A stretch of 64,000 nucleotides of DNA from an uncultured Spirochaetaceae bacterium (GTDB lineage Bacteria; Spirochaetota; Spirochaetia; Sphaerochaetales; Sphaerochaetaceae), in NCBI GenBank assembly GCA_964563815.1, contig CAZLYD010000001.1, positions 15,757-79,756 on the forward strand. Direction: 5' to 3'. The notes beneath the pieces were generated by a model, which saw nothing but the letters and a program-made list of their open reading frames with translations, was not told the DNA's origin and ran no database searches. A program made the translations under genes and the position numbers. Positions 36,093-45,712 of this stretch are shown here, piece after piece. How positions within the stretch are numbered: position 1 is the first letter of the stretch; the number at the start of each line of letters is the position of its first letter.

Positions 36093-36947
36093 TTAACCCT
36101 TTACAGCACCTGCTGCAACACCCTTTGTTATCTCCTTTCTGAAAACTAGATAGAAGACAAGCATAGGTAATAAGCCAATTACAAGAGAAGCAAAAAGCTT
36201 ACCATAGTCTGTAGATAGAGAACCTGCGAAAGATTGAATACCTACAGGAAGAGATTTATTACTTGAGGATGAAGTAAGCATGTTAATAAGCATGAATTCA
36301 TTCCATGTTCCGGAGATATTCAAAATAGCAAGAGTTGTTGCTACAGGCTTTGCCATTGGGACAACGATAGAAAAGAAGATCTTAAAGTAAGAAGCTCCGT
36401 CTATACGTGCAGATTCTACTAATGCGTCTGGAATACTTCTAATGTATTCAGTACATAGATAGACACCCATTGGTAGTCCAATACCAATATAAGGAATTAA
36501 GACACCAAGCTTAGTATCGTAGAGACCCACCTGATTTATAACAATAAAGAGCGGAATCATAATTGACTGAAGTGTCATCAAAATACCGATTATATAGGAG
36601 CCATAAAGGATTTTAGTACATTTCATTTTAATTTTTGCAAAAGCAAAACCACTCATCATACCCAAAATCAATACAGCGATTACTGTTACAGCTGTGTAGA
36701 CAACACTGTTTATAATATATGTACCAAAGTGACCACGAACCCAAGCATCTCTATAGTTCTGCCAGAAAAACTGCTTAGGGAAACCTAGTCTATCAAGCTG
36801 GTATTCCTGGCTTGTTTTGAAGGAACTCATTATAAGCCAGAGAATAGGAAGAATAGCTAAGAGGGCAAAGATGATAAGAATGGTATATGTTACTACCATA
36901 CTAACCTTTCTACCAACTGTGTTTGTATCTTTAATTTTAGTACTCAT
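36093..36947 (-). CDS. carbohydrate ABC transporter permease (MalG-like)
   Basis: EAA loop ESARIDGASYFKIFFSIVVPMAKP. Confidence 0.85.
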   Translation of the reverse strand: MSTKIKDTNTVGRKVSMVVTYTILIIFALLAILPILWLIMSSFKTSQEYQLDRLGFPKQFFWQNYRDAWVRGHFGTYIINSVVYTAVTVIAVLILGMMSGFAFAKIKMKCTKILYGSYIIGILMTLQSIMIPLFIVINQVGLYDTKLGVLIPYIGIGLPMGVYLCTEYIRSIPDALVESARIDGASYFKIFFSIVVPMAKPVATTLAILNISGTWNEFMLINMLTSSSSNKSLPVGIQSFAGSLSTDYGKLFASLVIGLLPMLVFYLVFRKEITKGVAAGAVKG

Positions 36948-37879
36948 TCTTTGCCTCCAAACTTCTTCTCAACAAGCTTTGTCACTCCAATGAGAGCAAA
37001 GGAAATAATACACATTACGATTGAAACAGCGTTAGCAAGTGGATAGTTAGGTGCACCCTTGAAAGCTGTATCATACATATAGATTGAGAGAACATATGTC
37101 TGCTTAGCAGGTCCTCCACTTGTCATAACATAGATAAGGTCAAAGCTCTTTAATGAACCAGAGATTGCAAGAATAGCAGATGTAACAATTACACCACTTA
37201 AAGCAGGAAGGATGATATAACGTAAAGCTTGGAATTCTGTAGCGCCATCAATCTTAGCTGCCTCGATAACAGATGTATCTATCTTCTGCATATTAGCTAA
37301 GAATATTATCAAATATGTTCCTGTATACATCCAAAGTATTACTAAGAGAACAGGAATCATAGGATGTTCACTATTACTAGCTACATAGCTAGGATTAAAA
37401 ATCTTTATAATATCTGGTAGAGCACCATTTGGAGCAGTAATAGCCTTCCAAAGTCTTCCAATGACAACAGTTGAAATTACACAAGGAAGGTATATAACTG
37501 TCTGGAAGAAGTCTTTACCCTTAATCATACCTCTAAAGATTAAGTACGCCATAAAGAAACCAAGTGGAATCTGACCGAATACACTAATTAGAGTAATCCA
37601 CATATTATTCTTTAAAGCAAGCCAGAAATACTTGTCACGGAACATCGAAACATAATACTGGAAACCAACAATATCAATATGTCTTCTCTTAGGCCCAAAT
37701 AATGCTCCACCTTTATAGTTTGTAATACTTAAAAATAAAGCAAATATCGTTGGGAATGCCATTACAAAAACATAAATTAAAAATCCTGGTAGTATTAAAG
37801 ACCAATAAGCGAATTTTTCTTCCCTTCGACTAGAAAGAGATGAACGCGGGCTCCTTTTTACAACATCAACATTACTCAT
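36944..37879 (-). CDS. carbohydrate ABC transporter permease (MalF-like)
   Basis: EAA loop EAAKIDGATEFQALRYIILPAL. It overlaps the next gene by 4 nt. Confidence 0.85.
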   Translation of the reverse strand: MSNVDVVKRSPRSSLSSRREEKFAYWSLILPGFLIYVFVMAFPTIFALFLSITNYKGGALFGPKRRHIDIVGFQYYVSMFRDKYFWLALKNNMWITLISVFGQIPLGFFMAYLIFRGMIKGKDFFQTVIYLPCVISTVVIGRLWKAITAPNGALPDIIKIFNPSYVASNSEHPMIPVLLVILWMYTGTYLIIFLANMQKIDTSVIEAAKIDGATEFQALRYIILPALSGVIVTSAILAISGSLKSFDLIYVMTSGGPAKQTYVLSIYMYDTAFKGAPNYPLANAVSIVMCIISFALIGVTKLVEKKFGGKE

Positions 37880-37889
37880 CTTTTATTCC

Positions 37890-39077
37890 TTATATTATTC
37901 TCTTTTTTCTTTGCTCTTTTGCAAAATCTATAACATCATCCAAACTCATCTTTTCGTCTTCCGTCTTTTCCAAGTCTGGGATTGCATATAAATCATGCAA
38001 ATACATAAGTGCTGCACCTTTTGCAGACACATATTCATCATTAACACAAAATAGTAATTCACAGCCTGTCTTCTCTAATGCACCAACAAAAGCTGGAACT
38101 CGTTCCTCTAGCGTCCTTCTGACCCACTCTTCGTCACAAAATGGATTACCATGAAGAATAATCTTTTCAAAATCCATAACAACAGTTAATGGAACAAACG
38201 AAGAGAATGTATCCTCTATCCAAAGGGCAAGTGCTTCTTTATCTGAAATTGTTTTTCTTAACACATCCATATCTAAGCCCGATTGATTAGCCGATCCTCT
38301 TTTCCAAGAAATGGAACAAAATTCTCCAGCTGCTTTATGTGAGCCACGATAAACATTACCATTTAAAATTAGTCCTGTTCCAACACCGATTCCAGCAACA
38401 GATGAAACCTTTAATGCTTCTTCATGATAATCTGCAAGAATAGAAAAAGCCTGTGAAGAAAAAGAAGAATCTAAAATAGAATGCAAATCGAACCAAGCCG
38501 CTGAATTGGCATCGTTATCAACATAAACAGGGTACTCTGGATATTTTTTATGAACAAAATCTCTAAAATTAAAATTCGAAATATTAAAAGGGAAAGAGTA
38601 AACAATATATCCTCTTTCACTATCTACCTGTCCAGTAACAGAAAAAGAGAGAGCAAGAACAGGAGCATTGATTGAAGAGTGGGCATGAAAGGCCTCATCG
38701 ATTACAGCATTAATGAAACTTTCAAAGGATAACTGGCTCTTTGGGCCTTTCTTCTCCCACAAAATTGAACCGTCAACACTCATAATGACTGACCTATAAT
38801 GGGATGGCTGTAAATCAAAACCAAAAACACATCCGAAATCTTTGTTGATGGTCAGTTCTATTGGCTTTCGCCCCCCTTGTGTACAAGCATCTTTGTACTC
38901 TCCTTCATTCACAAGTCCTGCTTCTAATAATGATGAAATAATATTGCTAACGGTCGATTTGTTCAGTTTAAGTTGCCTAGAAATGTCTATACGGGAAACT
39001 CCATTATGTCTCCAAATTAGCTGAGCAACCATTGTTGTGTTCGCATTTCTTTGGAAAATATTATTATTTGCAGGCAT
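37890..39077 (-). CDS. ROK-family transcriptional regulator (NagC/XylR-like)
   Basis: N-terminal wHTH (ISRQLKLNKSTVSNIISSL) plus a ROK sugar-kinase-like body (DNDANSAA). Confidence 0.8.
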   Translation of the reverse strand: MPANNNIFQRNANTTMVAQLIWRHNGVSRIDISRQLKLNKSTVSNIISSLLEAGLVNEGEYKDACTQGGRKPIELTINKDFGCVFGFDLQPSHYRSVIMSVDGSILWEKKGPKSQLSFESFINAVIDEAFHAHSSINAPVLALSFSVTGQVDSERGYIVYSFPFNISNFNFRDFVHKKYPEYPVYVDNDANSAAWFDLHSILDSSFSSQAFSILADYHEEALKVSSVAGIGVGTGLILNGNVYRGSHKAAGEFCSISWKRGSANQSGLDMDVLRKTISDKEALALWIEDTFSSFVPLTVVMDFEKIILHGNPFCDEEWVRRTLEERVPAFVGALEKTGCELLFCVNDEYVSAKGAALMYLHDLYAIPDLEKTEDEKMSLDDVIDFAKEQRKKRII

Positions 39078-39259
39078 TCCAAGGCGCTCCTTTTTTTAAT
39101 TAGTTCTTCCACTGAACAAACTTACCTTAACACCACCATAGCCACATGTCAAATTAAAACGTTACCAATTAACAAAGAATTAATATTCGGTAATTCAGAT
39201 TTTACCTAATACTTTTCTTATATTAAAAAGATTCTAAAAAACGAAGATGTCTCTTTTTA

Positions 39260-39296
39260 TTAACTGTTTCTTTTGTTTAAGAGTAAAAACAGTTAA
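39260..39296 (+). promoter_or_regulatory. 10-bp perfect inverted repeat TTAACTGTTT-N17-AAACAGTTAA just upstream of the glgA RBS
   Basis: Read directly from the sequence. It ends 20 nt before the glgA ATG. Confidence 0.3.
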
Positions 39297-39316
39297 AATA
39301 AATGAGAGGTGGTAAA

Positions 39317-40774
39317 ATGAAAAAGATATTATTTGCTTCTTCTGAATGTGTTCCTTTCGTAAAAACAGGAGGACTTGCTGATGTTGTTGGTAGCCTTCCC
39401 AAAACCTTTGATAAAAGAAAATATGATGTAAGAGTAATACTACCTCAATATCAATGTATAAATGACAAATATAAAGAGAAGCTACAAAATATATGCTATT
39501 TTCAGATGGATAATAGAATCTATGTTGGCATTAACACTCTAGTTTTAGATGGAATCACATTCTATTTTGTAGATAATATCCAGTACTTCAGCGGTGATAA
39601 ACCATACTTTGACCTATTTACAGACCTTGAACGCTTTGCTTATTTTTCAAAGGCAATTCTTTCCTCTCTTCCCCTAATTGGTTTTAGACCAGACATCATT
39701 CATTGCCATGATTGGCAAGCTTCACTTGTCCCTGTGTATTTAAATACTCTATTTCAAGGCGACACCTTCTTTAATGGCATTAGAACTATCATGACTATCC
39801 ATAACATAAGATTTCAAGGCTGTTGGAATGTAGGTCACCTTAGATGGGTAACTGGACTACCTGATGAATTATTTGCTCCAGGTCTGCTAGTTTCCCCATT
39901 TCAGGATACCTCTTTACCAAAGGACGAATGGAATGCATCAATGCTTCGTGGCGGCTTAGTTTTTAGTGATTGGATTACAACTGTTTCTTCTTCATATTCA
40001 AAAGAAATCCAAACACCACAATTCGGGGACGGCTTAGATGATATTCTCTCTTGGCGTAAAGATAGACTCCTAGGAATAGTAAACGGAATAGATTATTCAC
40101 TTTGGGATCCAAAACTAGACAAAGCTATTTGTACTAACTACTCATCCTCTTCTTTTATTGAAGAAAGAATGAAAAACAAGGTTGAATTACAAAAAGAATT
40201 AGGGCTACCTGTTAATAAAGACATCTTTACTCTTGCAATCATCTCAAGACTAACAGACCAAAAGGGAATAGATTTAGTTGATGCAATAATGGATAGAATG
40301 GCAGAAAGAGAGATGAATTTAATTATTCTTGGAACAGGAGACTCCTATTACGAGAACATGTTTAGGTATTATCAGGATAAATACCCAAATAAAATTAGAG
40401 CAATTATTTCATTCTCAGAGCCTCTTTCTAGAAGAATCTATTCTTCCTCTGATGTTGTTCTAGTACCTTCTGCATTTGAGCCATGTGGCCTTACGCAGCT
40501 ACTTGGGCTCAAATATGGAGCTATTCCTATTGTGCATGAAGTAGGAGGATTAAAGGATACAGTAAAAGCATTTAATGAATTTAGTAATAGCGGAACTGGT
40601 TTTTCCTTCTATGATTACACGCCCGATGCGCTTTACTCTAGATTTGAACATGCCTACAACACATTCTATTACAAAAAAGAACTATGGACTGAGATGCAAA
40701 AAAGAGGCATGAACGAGGATTGGTCATGGAGAGCCTCTTCTTCTCGTTATGCTCAGCTATATGATACTTTATAG
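39317..40774 (+). CDS. glgA: glycogen synthase (ADP-glucose type)
   Basis: MKKILFASSECVPFVKTGGLADV N-terminus, preceded by GAGGTGG. The ORF track starts 5 codons earlier. Confidence 0.9.
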   Translation: MKKILFASSECVPFVKTGGLADVVGSLPKTFDKRKYDVRVILPQYQCINDKYKEKLQNICYFQMDNRIYVGINTLVLDGITFYFVDNIQYFSGDKPYFDLFTDLERFAYFSKAILSSLPLIGFRPDIIHCHDWQASLVPVYLNTLFQGDTFFNGIRTIMTIHNIRFQGCWNVGHLRWVTGLPDELFAPGLLVSPFQDTSLPKDEWNASMLRGGLVFSDWITTVSSSYSKEIQTPQFGDGLDDILSWRKDRLLGIVNGIDYSLWDPKLDKAICTNYSSSSFIEERMKNKVELQKELGLPVNKDIFTLAIISRLTDQKGIDLVDAIMDRMAEREMNLIILGTGDSYYENMFRYYQDKYPNKIRAIISFSEPLSRRIYSSSDVVLVPSAFEPCGLTQLLGLKYGAIPIVHEVGGLKDTVKAFNEFSNSGTGFSFYDYTPDALYSRFEHAYNTFYYKKELWTEMQKRGMNEDWSWRASSSRYAQLYDTL

Positions 40775-40846
40775 TAAGCTCTTTTTCTGATAACCTTGAC
40801 TAGTCTTTATTGCTTAGTTATTTTCTTCTCGAGAGGCACTTAAAAC

Positions 40847-41524
40847 ATGGATGGTAGAGTTTGGGGCATAATTGTCGACTCATTTTTCAAGATATTAAAA
40901 CCCGGTATAGAGATGACTATACCTCTAACCCTTATATCTTTTTCACTGGCACTAGTTATTGCAACAGTAGTTGCTCTTGTACAAGTAGCCTCTGTCCCAG
41001 TATTAAAAACAATTGCGCGTTTCTATATATGGGTTATTAGAGGAACTCCTCTTCTAGTTCAGCTTTTCGTAGTATTTTATGGCTTACCAAGTTTGGGTAT
41101 TGTAATTGATCCATTTCCTGCAGCAATTATTGTTTTTTCGCTCAACGAGGGAGCATATTCGGCAGAAAGTATAAGAGCTGCAATAACTGCAGTTCCTATT
41201 GGTCAACTAGAGGCAGGAGAATGCGTTGGAATGAGCTGGCTACAGACAATGAGGAGGATTGTTCTTCCTCAAGCATTTAAGATAGCATTTCCTACTCTCT
41301 TTAATTCTTTAATTAGCATGCTTAAAGATACTTCTCTTGCTGCAAACATTACAGTTACAGAGATGTTTATGCAAACACAGCGTATTGTTGCTCGAACATA
41401 TGAACCTCTTGTTCTATACATTGAGGTTGGTCTTATATACTTAGCTATGTGTACAATATTAACAAGGGTACAGGCCTGGGGAGAGAAGAAGCTAAATAAG
41501 AATATAGGGAGAAAAGCATCATGA
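40847..41524 (+). CDS. amino-acid ABC transporter permease (His/Glu/Gln/Arg/opine family)
   Basis: 225 aa, with motifs [11 protein letters not shown] and [15 protein letters not shown]. Confidence 0.85.
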   Translation: MDGRVWGIIVDSFFKILKPGIEMTIPLTLISFSLALVIATVVALVQVASVPVLKTIARFYIWVIRGTPLLVQLFVVFYGLPSLGIVIDPFPAAIIVFSLNEGAYSAESIRAAITAVPIGQLEAGECVGMSWLQTMRRIVLPQAFKIAFPTLFNSLISMLKDTSLAANITVTEMFMQTQRIVARTYEPLVLYIEVGLIYLAMCTILTRVQAWGEKKLNKNIGRKAS

Positions 41525-42270
41525 TGATTTTGAAAGCAGAAAACATTAAGAAGCACTACGATTCTCTCCTTGTTCTTGATGGAATATCATTAGAAGTCGA
41601 TAAAGGTGACGTCATTGCTATTCTTGGCCCTAGTGGAAGTGGAAAAACAACACTTTTAAGAACATTGGACTTTCTTACTTCTGCAGACAGTGGCACTCTA
41701 ACCTTTGATGGAAAAGAGTACGATTTAAATAAAATCACAAAAAAAGAGATTCGAAATATTAGAATGAAAACAGGCTTTGTATTCCAATCCTTTAATCTCT
41801 TTAACAACAAGACTGTAATAGAAAATGTAATGGAAGGCTTAATTGTTGCACACAAAATGAGCAAAGAAGAAGCTGAGAAAAAAGCAATAGAAAACTTAGA
41901 GAAGGTTGGAATGCTTGATAGAGCAGCTTACTACCCATCGCAGCTCTCAGGAGGGCAACAACAGCGTGTTGCTATAGCTAGAGCTCTAGCCTCATCTCCC
42001 CTTCTATTATACTTTGATGAACCAACATCTGCTTTAGACCCAGAGCTTACCGGAGAAGTATTAGATGTAATGAAGAAGCTAGCAGAAGAAGGAATGACGA
42101 TGCTAGTTGTTACACATGAAATGGCATTTGCACGCAAAGTAAGCAATAAGGTCATCTTTATGGAAAATGGTAAAATTGTAGAAGAAGGAAAAGCAGAAGA
42201 AGTATTTACCAATGCTAAAGAAAAGAGAACAAAGGAATTCCTATCTAGAATGGAGCTTCCTAAATTATAA
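41521..42270 (+). CDS. amino-acid ABC transporter ATP-binding protein
   Basis: [35 protein letters not shown] and VTHEM. Confidence 0.9.
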   Translation: MMILKAENIKKHYDSLLVLDGISLEVDKGDVIAILGPSGSGKTTLLRTLDFLTSADSGTLTFDGKEYDLNKITKKEIRNIRMKTGFVFQSFNLFNNKTVIENVMEGLIVAHKMSKEEAEKKAIENLEKVGMLDRAAYYPSQLSGGQQQRVAIARALASSPLLLYFDEPTSALDPELTGEVLDVMKKLAEEGMTMLVVTHEMAFARKVSNKVIFMENGKIVEEGKAEEVFTNAKEKRTKEFLSRMELPKL

Positions 42271-42285
42271 AACAAGGAGAAAACG

Positions 42286-43083
42286 ATGAAAAAATTAGTT
42301 ACAGTACTACTAATTGCTATTCTTCTAGCTAACTCAATAATGGCTGGAGGAAACAAAGAAACAGAGGTAAGTGGTGATCACTTAGAGCGTATTAAGGCCA
42401 AGGGCGAAATTATTATCGCAATGGAAGGAACATGGGCTCCTTGGACTTATCATGATGAAAATAATACTCTTGTCGGATTTGACACAGAAATAGGAGAAGC
42501 CATCGCTAATAAGCTTGGTGTAAAGCCACTTTTTATTGAAGGCGAATGGGATGGCTTACTTGCTGGCTTAGATGCAGGAAGATACGACATTATGATTAAT
42601 GGTGTCGATATAACAGCAGAAAGAAGTCAAAAATATGATTTTTCAACTCCATATGCTTATAATAAAACTGCTGTTATTACTAAAAGTGACGATAATTCTA
42701 TTTCCACTATGCAAGATTTAAAAGGAAAAAGAACAGCAAATACAATTAGTTCTACTTATGCTGAAGTTGCAGAAAAATATGGTGCTAATGTTACTGGTGT
42801 TGATGACTTGATTCAGACCTTTGAACTACTCAAAAGCGGTAGAATAGATGCAACACTAAATGCAGAAGTAACATACTACGATTATATGAAAGCACACCCT
42901 AGTGCAGAGTTTAAAATTGCATGCTTAGACCCTACTGTAACAAGTGTTGCTATTCCCTTAAAGAAAGGAGAAGACAACAAAACACTACTAGATGCAATTA
43001 ACAATGCTTTAAAGGAATTAAAAAATGAAGGAGTTTTAAAGGAACTCTCAATTAAATACTTTGGAGCTGATATAACTGAATAG
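42286..43083 (+). CDS. amino-acid (cystine/polar type) ABC transporter substrate-binding protein
   Basis: 265 aa with a signal peptide. GFDTEIGEAIANKLG and the WDGLLAGLDAGRYD pattern are typical of family-3 SBPs. Confidence 0.85.
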   Translation: MKKLVTVLLIAILLANSIMAGGNKETEVSGDHLERIKAKGEIIIAMEGTWAPWTYHDENNTLVGFDTEIGEAIANKLGVKPLFIEGEWDGLLAGLDAGRYDIMINGVDITAERSQKYDFSTPYAYNKTAVITKSDDNSISTMQDLKGKRTANTISSTYAEVAEKYGANVTGVDDLIQTFELLKSGRIDATLNAEVTYYDYMKAHPSAEFKIACLDPTVTSVAIPLKKGEDNKTLLDAINNALKELKNEGVLKELSIKYFGADITE

Positions 43084-43097
43084 GAAGAGCTACATTT

Positions 43098-43133
43098 AAG
43101 ACGATATCCCATCTGGTTTATCGTCTTTTTTTT
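43098..43133 (+). terminator. Rho-independent terminator after the amino-acid ABC operon
   Basis: aagacgata-N12-tatcgtctt followed by a T6+ tract. Confidence 0.7.
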
Positions 43134-43207
43134 CAAGCTTACTTATTGATTCTATCCTATTCCTCTTTTCCCTTCTTTTAACTAGAATTTAATAAACAAG
43201 GTAATTT

Positions 43208-44551
43208 ATGAATAAGGATTTAACGGTTGGGAAGCCACAAACAGTACTTTGGAAGTTTTGTCTTCCGCTTTTTGGTTCAATAATATTTCAACAGCTATAT
43301 AATATTGGAGACAGCTTTGTTGCTGGTAAATTCATCTCAGAAGAAGCACTAGCCAGTGTAGGAAATGGATACGAAATTACACTGATTTTTATTGCTTTTG
43401 CCTTTGGTTGCAATGTAGGCTGCTCTGTATTAGCTTCAAGATTATTTGGAGCAAAAGAGTATTCGAGGATGAAGAGTGCCATATATACATCATTTATTTC
43501 TACACTCTTTACCTGCATCGTCTTAATGATTATTGGTCTAGTTGGAATGGATACTATTCTAAAGCTAATAAAGACACCGGAAAACATTTACCAAGACTCT
43601 GCGCTCTATTTAGATATATATATCTATGGTCTTCCATTTTTATTCTTATACAATCTTTCTACTGGTATTTTCTCTGCCCTCGGAGACTCTAAAACACCAT
43701 TTTACTTTTTGGCCTTCTCTTCAAGTGCGAATATAGCCGTAGATATTCTTTTTGTCACAGTCTTTAATATGGGAGTTTCAGGGGTTGCTTGGGCTACATT
43801 TATTTGTCAGGGCTTTAGTGCTTTCCTTGCTGTTATTGTTGTACTCAAAAGAATGAAAAGCACTCCAGACAGTGGAAACGTAAAATTATTCGATACTACC
43901 CTATTTAAAGAATTTATATCTCTTGCTATTCCTAGCACCATACAGCAAAGCTTTGTATCTATCGGAAATATATTTGTACAAGGTATGATTAATGGCTTTG
44001 GCTCCTCTGTTGTTGCTGGATACTCTGCATCTATAAAGCTAAATAATCTAGTAATATCATCCTTCTCTACAATTGGAAGTGGACTAAGTAACTATACAGC
44101 ACAAAACCTTGGAGCAGGAAAAGAAGAGAGAGTAATAGAAGGCTGGAGGGCCGGACTACGTATTGTTTGGACTATATCAATACCTTTCATACTTCTCTAC
44201 TTTGGTCTTCCAAACCTCTTACTAAGATTATTTATGGAAAACCCATCAGAGGGTGCTCTTAAAAGCGGTAGAGAAATTCTAAGAATTCTTTCTCCCTTCT
44301 ATATTATCATATGCTGCAAGATGATATCTGATGGTGTGTTAAAGGGAGCTGGAAAGATGAACTATTTTATGATTTCAACCTTTACAGACCTTATTTTGAG
44401 AGTCCTCATTGCATTCATTCTTTCTAAAACTATCTTAGGAGCAACAGGAATATGGCTCAGCTGGCCACTTGGCTGGGTAATAGGCTCTGTTCTCTCTGTT
44501 TCGTTTGTTAAAACAGGCTGCTGGAAAGATAAAAAGATCAAGCTCCACTAA
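43208..44551 (+). CDS. MATE-family efflux transporter
   Basis: 447 aa with about 12 TM segments. The N-terminus ...LPLFGSIIFQQLYNIGDSFVAG is typical of MATE. Confidence 0.8.
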   Translation: MNKDLTVGKPQTVLWKFCLPLFGSIIFQQLYNIGDSFVAGKFISEEALASVGNGYEITLIFIAFAFGCNVGCSVLASRLFGAKEYSRMKSAIYTSFISTLFTCIVLMIIGLVGMDTILKLIKTPENIYQDSALYLDIYIYGLPFLFLYNLSTGIFSALGDSKTPFYFLAFSSSANIAVDILFVTVFNMGVSGVAWATFICQGFSAFLAVIVVLKRMKSTPDSGNVKLFDTTLFKEFISLAIPSTIQQSFVSIGNIFVQGMINGFGSSVVAGYSASIKLNNLVISSFSTIGSGLSNYTAQNLGAGKEERVIEGWRAGLRIVWTISIPFILLYFGLPNLLLRLFMENPSEGALKSGREILRILSPFYIIICCKMISDGVLKGAGKMNYFMISTFTDLILRVLIAFILSKTILGATGIWLSWPLGWVIGSVLSVSFVKTGCWKDKKIKLH

Positions 44552-44564
44552 GCTTTGTTTTCGT

Positions 44565-44602
44565 AAAAAACGACATCTACACTAAGTAAATGTCGTTTTT
44601 TT
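44565..44602. terminator. bidirectional terminator between convergent genes
   Basis: aaaaaacgacat-N13-atgtcgtttttt. Confidence 0.65.
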
Positions 44603-44621
44603 ATATTAAATGCTTTTTTTC

Positions 44622-45680
44622 TTATACTGTTAATTCGTATTTTTCGCCCTCTACAAAATAAGAATTAAGCTCTGTTGGCTTTAAAATACCCTTGTTTGTA
44701 ACAATACCTGTAATTAACTCCGGTGGTGTCATATCAAAGGCTGGGTAATAGCCCTTAACTCCATCAATTGTTGTTCTAACTCCCATAGCTTGGAGCGAGA
44801 AGGATGGGTCTCTCATCTCAATATTTACAGTATCAAAGGTTGGATGAGACTTATCAGGCGCACCTGTAACGTAGACAGGAATACCAAAGTGTTTAGCACA
44901 GATTGCAATCTGACTAGTTCCAACCTTATTAAAAACATAACCATCACAGCTAATAGCGTCAGCTGCACATGTAAATACATCTACCCCTTCCTTCTTCATT
45001 ACGAAGGCTGGCATATTATCTGTAATTACAGTTACATCAAATCCCATCTCGTAGCAAACTGTAGATGTAAATCTAGCTCCCTGGAAATAAGGTCTTGTTT
45101 CTGGGCAGAAAAGACGAATGTTATTTCCTCTTTTCTTGCACTCTCGAAGCATCAGTCCCAGTACTGTTTCTGCATAACACTGTGTCATAACAGTACCGCC
45201 TTGAGGAAATTTATCACATAGATATGATGCAATTTTTGCAACCCTATTGTATCTAGCATTATTAGATTGAATTACATGCTCTCTTACTTCGTCTGCTGCA
45301 TTTTTTCCTTCCATCTTGGCTTTTATAGCAACAGGAATACAAGCCTCTGTAAGCATTGCCATACGTTTGGTTGTTGTAGGCCTAGAAGTAGAAATAATAT
45401 GGGATGCTTCCTTCATTTTTTCTTCAAATTTATCAAGTGGAAGCTCTCTATATAAATAAGAAGCTAAAGCCATTCCCATTGGTGCAAGAGTATATGGTCC
45501 AGTCGATTGCGTAACCATATCCTTAATTGCATCTCTTACACTTTCAACTGTGCGACAAACCACCCATTCTATTTTCTGAGGGTAGACTCTTCTATCTAAT
45601 ACTCTTACTTCACCGCTATCATACCAAGCAACATTTTCATATCTAAGCATAAAAGCTAGACCTGTATCTGCTCTTTCCAT
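44622..45680 (-). CDS. eIF-2B alpha/beta/delta-like sugar-phosphate isomerase (MtnA-like methylthioribose-1-phosphate isomerase family)
   Basis: 352 aa. VLDRRVYPQKIEWV N-terminal pattern, and FTCAADAISCDGYVFNKVGTSQIAICAKHFGIPVYV matches the GADxIxxNGxxxNKxGT core. Confidence 0.7.
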   Translation of the reverse strand: MERADTGLAFMLRYENVAWYDSGEVRVLDRRVYPQKIEWVVCRTVESVRDAIKDMVTQSTGPYTLAPMGMALASYLYRELPLDKFEEKMKEASHIISTSRPTTTKRMAMLTEACIPVAIKAKMEGKNAADEVREHVIQSNNARYNRVAKIASYLCDKFPQGGTVMTQCYAETVLGLMLRECKKRGNNIRLFCPETRPYFQGARFTSTVCYEMGFDVTVITDNMPAFVMKKEGVDVFTCAADAISCDGYVFNKVGTSQIAICAKHFGIPVYVTGAPDKSHPTFDTVNIEMRDPSFSLQAMGVRTTIDGVKGYYPAFDMTPPELITGIVTNKGILKPTELNSYFVEGEKYELTV

Positions 45681-45712
45681 TTTATTACTCCTATTTTTTA
45701 ATAGTACTATCT

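Noticed and set aside
41269-42356. Minus-strand ORFs 41269-41556, 41556-41864 and 41931-42356
   Set aside because: They are antisense to the amino-acid ABC permease and ATPase genes, which have unambiguous motifs.
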